From Klebsormidium nitens (lineage: Eukaryota > Plantae > Klebsormidiophyceae), in assembly GCA_000708835.1 (NCBI GenBank), contig DF237431.1:1-64000 (forward strand): 64,000 nucleotides of DNA. Reading direction: 5' to 3'. The notes under the pieces are model-generated. The model ran no database searches. It was given only the letters and a program-made list of their open reading frames with translations, and was not told the DNA's origin. This document shows positions 58,501-64,000 of this stretch, piece by piece. The position numbers and the translations under genes were made by a program. Within the stretch, counting starts at the first letter, position 1, and each line of letters starts with the position of its first letter.

Positions 58501-61369
58501 CCACTTCGCAGGTCAAGGTGACCGAGTCCATCGTAGGCTTCCAGAAGAAGCACATTCTGCACGACAAGGTCATTGAGGAGTGCTCCCTGCAGCTGCCGCC
58601 CACCGAGTACGACACGTGTGCGATCGTGAGTGGTCGATACGCTCCCCCACCTAAAAGGGTTGCGCTCGTACTAGTTCGTGTCTGGACGTGTTAAGGGATT
58701 GAAAGCGTGCTCTAATTGCTGACATCTGTTTTTGAAGACTGCCCAGTTTTGAAGCCCGGCATCGCCAGCCCCTGAAAGTCTAGGATGGGAGAATCCCAGC
58801 TACTTGTTGTGCTTTCATAACTTCCGTCCACCGCTCAATCTACTAATTGCCAAGTGCATCGTTCGTCGACGCGCGCTGCACTTCGAGTTGCAATGTTACA
58901 GTCTCGAGGTGGATTTCCACTGCCGAAATCGGATGTCTCTGCTCATTTCCTAACAAATCCCCCCCTCTTTCCAGTGGTGGGACGTCCCCCCCGAGGCGGT
59001 GTACCGGTTGGAGCAGGAGGGCAGCCTGATGGACGCCATGAACGGCGTGAAGCGCATGGTCATCTCCATCCTGCCGCAGCTCTCCCTAAGTGAGCCGAAG
59101 CCGTTTGTTTGCGCCCCCCTCAAACGAATGCTTCTGCGTCGTCAGTCTCACCCTGCGCGCCATGCATGAGAAGGCATTCTCCGGCGGACGGATTGACCTC
59201 TGATTCATGGGGGCTGTGATTCAGCATTTTCTTGGCTAGAAGACTGTAGCTTCTGGTAGTTGCATGCTTTGAATCGCAGGACTTCGTTTCTCTTAGGTTC
59301 CAGCCTTGAATACTGAATTTGCAAAATCATGGACAAGGGAGGTCCATCACTGATGTGCTTCGTTTTGCAGCTTGCGATAAGCGTGTTGTTCACCTTCGCC
59401 TTCCTCAGCGGCTTTCGAACTTCCTTGCTCCTTGAACCTGCCTATCAAAGTCTTTCGATGGTCGCCCAAGGTTCCTGATTTGACGATTCTGACATTGCAA
59501 AGGATGAGGTTATAACTCGGTGGGCTCCTTTTGAACACAATGCGAAAGCAAAACTGCCTGATTGTTGGGAGGATACAAGCAAAGGTAAAAGCTTGCACTC
59601 TTTCCCAATCTTTGCAGTGGACCGCCAAGATATCGGAGGGCATGCCGTGCTTAGTCAGGAGGCCACGCAGAGACCGCAGGTGCAATCAGAAGCTCTCTTG
59701 ATCGATTGTCATTGCCCCTCCTCGTGTCTAATTGGCTTTCGTGTCTTTGTGAGGGTCCTCGCCATGACTCGCCATTCTGGGAGGCGAATATTGTCCAACA
59801 AGATAGCTGACTTCTGAGAAAGCTCAGAGCTCTAGTGCAGAAGCACCGATTTTGCAGAATCAAAACGTAAGCAGGTGTTGAACAAAGCGGATGTAGCGGC
59901 GTAAATCTGATGAATAGATTGGCTTGGAATGCGGTTAGGCACACAAGTCCATGTTAGACTTAGGCATTCCTCTTGTGCATATTCGCAAATCTCGTAACGT
60001 GGGGCAACGCCTCGATACCCCAATACAACTGTCGCGGGGAATCCGGTTGACACCTCATCTAGGCTCAGCGTCCTGAGCAATGCCAGCCCTGACTGTTACT
60101 CTTGCTTCTTCAGGTGTTCATCTTCGATGCATACCCGGGCGGCATCGGCATAACCAAGCAGGTAAGACCGCTTCTCTGCCGCTGGCCATCGCCCTCAATT
60201 TCTGTGGAAAGAAGCAGTCCCGCTTGAACCGCGGGGTCCCCTGCCGGGAGCTAAGCATTCCCTGCATGCGATGGCTGTCAATTAATGTTTACCCGACTGA
60301 TCAAAAGCAGAGTGAGTCGCAGGATTCTTTTCGGCCTGCGAAGACAACGAGTGTTCGCCTCTGGCGAAAGTCTGCAGAGGAAGACTCTTCACGAGATCAT
60401 GTGAAGCAGATCTCCTGAATCAGTTGACTCTTTGCGCAGGCTTACGGCAAGATTGAGGAGGTGTGGCGGCAGGCGCTGAGCGTGCTCCGGGAGTGCGACT
60501 GCTCGGAAGGCTGCCCCAGCTGCGTCCAGGTGAGCTTCTCTAGGCCCGAACAGTTGTTACGCGAAGCTGGAATTGTATCGAGAAGAGTTTCTTGCCTGGT
60601 ACTCCAGCACTGAACAAAAAGTTATACGAGGCTGTGATGCTATCGTCGGCTGTTTCATGGCTGGACAGAAGGTTGACCTCAAGCCCATCAGAGAACGTTC
60701 CACGCTTCGTTTGAAACAGCGTCCGAGTCATCCAGGCTGGGAGGCGAGGTCTCGAGCCTCACGCTAAGTTTTTGATGCATGAGAGAGCCAGTCGCGGGTT
60801 TCGAGATGCTCGCATCTTCTCAATCCACTTAAGCGTGGATTTTCGTTCATTCTTGTCTTTTTGTAATTCGTTTCGCAAGTCGTAGAAAGCTGCGACCCAG
60901 CAGACCTCCGGCCGCTGTACTGATCTCAGCTCATCTAGTTGATCTCTTCAAAGTCCCAAATAATTCAGGATCACTCGTCACGTGGTGTTGATAATCATGC
61001 AGATGATCTGAAAAACATATTCTCCTGGTTTTGCAGCCGTCGTCCTTTGAGAGCGTCTCCGGATCCATGGCCGTCAAGAAGGCGTGCCGCATCCTCCTGG
61101 AGGCCTTGCTGGCGGACTGGATGCTCACCACCGAGGCTGCAGATGAGGCACCGATCCCCACGACAGGGCCTCCTGAGAGCCACTTCCACTCGGCGGCCAG
61201 TGCACAAAGAGACGCGGTTGCGAAGCCAAAAGCTGAGCCGTTAAGAGATGCGACAAACTTTGGGAAGAGATGCCAGGCAAAGCTTGAGCAGAATGAGGAG
61301 GTGAAAGTTAGGAGCGTCAAAAAGAAGAGCGCCGTGCCCCGGCAGGTTATTGACTTGGAAGACGAATGA
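46527..61369 (+). CDS. HRQ1: HRQ1/MrfA-family DEAH-box helicase with C-terminal DUF1998 Zn-binding domain and a long disordered N-terminus
   Basis: Many exons give [17 protein letters not shown] (Walker A), [65 protein letters not shown] and [12 protein letters not shown]. The ATG at 46527 is putative. Confidence 0.9.
51976..52265. mobile_element. MITE-like insertion (~290 bp) in an HRQ1 intron
   Basis: 16-bp inverted termini TAGGTTTGTTACACTT / AAGTGTAACAACCCTA (15/16 match), TCA on both flanks, and internal repeated GTCGG/CCGAC motifs. Confidence 0.65.
54110..54545 (+). repeat. Three ~155-bp tandem units of intron 3' end plus start of an HRQ1 exon
   Basis: CAG|GC..A.CT..GGTGAAGGCGGGTCTCC.GACGCT.GT, with acceptor AG ending at 54130, 54281 and 54440. 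Confidence 0.92.
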
Positions 61370-62471
61370 CGACGCTGAGCTTGATCAGGACGTTATAAGG
61401 AATTAGTGGGTGGTGCTAGCCCTTGCGTCCGCCGTTGCAGTCTTGGCAGAGGGCGGCCACTCTCTGTGCTTGAAAAGAGATCAATTTTAGGGGGTTGAGT
61501 TAGTGGTGCGCGTTCGTAGGTCGGATCAATCTCGCACCCAGATAAGAGGACTGAGGCTTGACTTTAACATTTTCCATCGAACGCACTAGAAGGCAGATGT
61601 CCAATCAAGATAATTCTCAAACGGCAAGTTGCTTTCATCTGCGATTCAAAACAAGTTGAGTACACCCGCAGACATCGCGCTCCATCGACTCTCCGAATCA
61701 TGCGTCTAATTGTTAGATGTGCACACGACACAATTGTGACATAATGTACTCAGGTTTACCTATATACGTACCGTCGAATCACGTGCATCACTTATACATA
61801 CATGGTTTCACCGCTCATCAAGGCCCATGCAATCTCTGAAACCAAAAAATGCATGGCCAGCGCGCGGTCACGGCCGCAATGCATGGGCGGCTTGCATGCA
61901 AATTAATGCTCTTGTGCAACATGAAGGGGTGGATGGCTGTAGTGTTTCCAAAAGGCCGCCACGGTAGCAACCTGCCAGGTGTACCTCAGCGTTGCCGTCG
62001 GCGGCCCGGCCCGCGGCACGCGCGGGCCCCTTGATTTCTGAGTATATGTGCGACAGCCAGGCTCCTTAGTACATAGCTGCGTGGTCCATAGGAGGTCCAT
62101 AGGTGTTAGGGCGCCGGTCGTTTGAAAACGATACGTCACCAATACCAAGCCATTCGAACGCAAGAAGCGGCTGACTCCATCTGGAAGCGCAGCGCACAAT
62201 CTCTGAAGCGAGCCGTTCACCAGATCAGCAAGACGCTGACGGGCTGCCAGTGAGTTCCAGCATATTCGACGTAAACATTTGACGAAGATAGAGGATTATT
62301 CTCACTCCATTGTTTGACACTGGTAAATCTAAATGCTTGTGCTTTGATCCCGTAATGTAGGGTAGAATTAACTCGACTACTCAGGCCTACTTTGATCTGT
62401 GAAAAGGGCACCAGTCCGGACGTCAGAATAACTCTCTCCTGCCACCAAGCATAAGGGTCAAATTCCAAGTC

Positions 62472-64000
62472 TCAAGGGAGAGAAAATAGAACGTCCTCGA
62501 CGCTTCGACTCGATGTGTGCGCTCTGTGATGGGTGGGGCTGGATGCGATGGGGCTAGTGATGCTTGGATGGGTGTTTGGCGTTGCTTGGCGTGAGTGCCT
62601 GCTAACTTGGTCCTCATACGACTCGATCCGGCCTTCGAAAGTTCTCTCGGCGTTGACAAGGTCTTTCCGGGTGATGATGCCAATTACCCTGCAAAAACAG
62701 TCAAAAGTCACCTCACCGGATGTGAGAAGCTTACGGAGATAATCATATCCATCTGGAACCAAGCCACGCTTGCATCTGAACATATCAAGGACTGCAGATC
62801 AGTCCAAATAATTAAATGCGACCGAAATAGATGTTTAGGCCTCCGTTTCACCTGCTAACTTACGTCTGCTGCTTCATGGCAATCGACCAATATGATTCCG
62901 TGCAATGAAGAGGGCGGATTCTGTTAACATGATCAACCTCCTTGCGAGCAAAACTTACAGATTTCTTGAGCTGACGACCAGGAGATGCCGCAGTCCTAGG
63001 CTTCGGAAGAGGATGTAGACACGCTGCGCCGAGCACTCTCGTCTCACCTACGAGGTTACAAAGGATAGTGTAGGTCCAATCAGTCGAAGTAAAACAGAAG
63101 TAGAAAAGGTCAGCGACTTCAATGAATGCTATGTGAGTGTTACTATGAGACTGGGGCTGTTGGTCTGCAGAAAGGTTCGATCCATTTTTTGGACGCAGAT
63201 GACGCGGTGACATACACCAATCACCCAATCCAGCGTCTTTCAAAACTTCGTGCATGGGAGTCATTTCGAAAAGCCCGATGCAGAGTAGGGTGCAGATGAT
63301 TCGACACAAGGCAAGTGGTCCTTTCCGATGAAGAGCGATCCAGAGATGATACTTACAGTCAAAGGAGCTCTGTTCATGAATGGGGTCAGGTCCAGAGCCA
63401 GGTTCGCAACGTCCCTGCCGACCGCGTCTGTTGGGCTTCCATTCGGACTGCTGCTCGCTCCTCCGTTTTCCGGGTCGTGTTCTCCTCCCAAAAGCGCCCG
63501 CTCAGCTTCGCTTGACCTATCTCTGTCCACATTCAACGCATCCACTGTCTCTGGCGTAGAATTCAGGTACCTTCTGTGCGGGTTGTGAATCAGGTGGTAC
63601 ATCCGCATGGCTCGCTCTAGCATGCGGTGCTTGGCTGAGGTCGACGACGAAAACGAGTCGCGACGAGTCGAGCTCCGGTGACCAGGGTGCTGGGGCATCG
63701 GCACAAAATGCTGGTGTTCTAGAAGGACAAGGAGCTGACTGCGCAGAATCAGGCCCACGAGGCGGCCGTCTTCTGAGAAGACTGGGAAGCCGTTGTGCAG
63801 GGTCTTCCGCAGGATCTGGACAACATCGGCAACGCGTACAATCTGGAAAAAAAGACAGATCTTTAGAATTTCTTCAACGCCCGAGACAGCCCCGTGGCTC
63901 TCAGATGAAGACTACGAACAAAGATGGAAGCGAGCTCTCGGCCTGAGAACGTGAAATCTCTACGGGAAACGCTTAAAAGTAATAGATTGGTACGAAGACC
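62472..64000 (-). CDS. CLC: CLC chloride channel/antiporter, C-terminal CBS domains; partial, gene continues beyond the window
   Basis: Exons read VQILRKTLHNGFPVF...LVGLILRSQLLVLL ... [38 protein letters not shown]..-LVIGIITRKDL, with stop at 62472. Confidence 0.92.

Noticed and set aside
62217-62468. ORF with FDPYAWWQER, reminiscent of a hAT dimerisation motif
   Set aside because: No further hAT similarity; it lies in the CLC 3' UTR region.
1-64000. rRNA, tRNA or other structured ncRNA genes
   Set aside because: None recognised by eye; tRNAscan-SE and Infernal would be needed to exclude them.

Overview
Eukaryotic, intron-rich genomic DNA with GT-AG introns and plant-type genes. The gene set and splice style suggest a streptophyte (charophyte) green alga such as Klebsormidium; this is an inference. 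No rRNA, tRNA or CRISPR array was recognised. Contents in order: (1) a divergent RBOH-type NADPH oxidase (-). (2) A large multi-zinc-finger nuclear protein (-) with four EsV-1-7-like Cys/His repeats, two WRC-like fingers, a degenerate WRKY-like finger and a HARE-HTH-like winged helix. (3) A ~12.2 kb TIR-bounded Kyakuja-Dileera-Zisupton (KDZ)-type DNA transposon (18091-30321). Its apparently intact transposase ends in a SAM domain, and convergent cargo gene(s) include a second SAM-like protein. (4) An At3g02290/RHB1A-like RING-H2 E3 ligase (+). (5) An orphan gene (-). (6) An indoleamine 2,3-dioxygenase (+). (7) An HRQ1/DUF1998-family DEAH helicase (+). (8) The CBS-domain 3' end of a CLC channel (-). 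Non-coding oddities: tandem arrays of duplicated splice-acceptor plus exon-start units inside introns of two unrelated genes, an over-represented (GC)TGACGTCAGC palindrome, an intronic MITE, and a recurrent GC-rich intergenic motif. All exon models were spliced by eye and domain calls come from motif recognition, not database searches.
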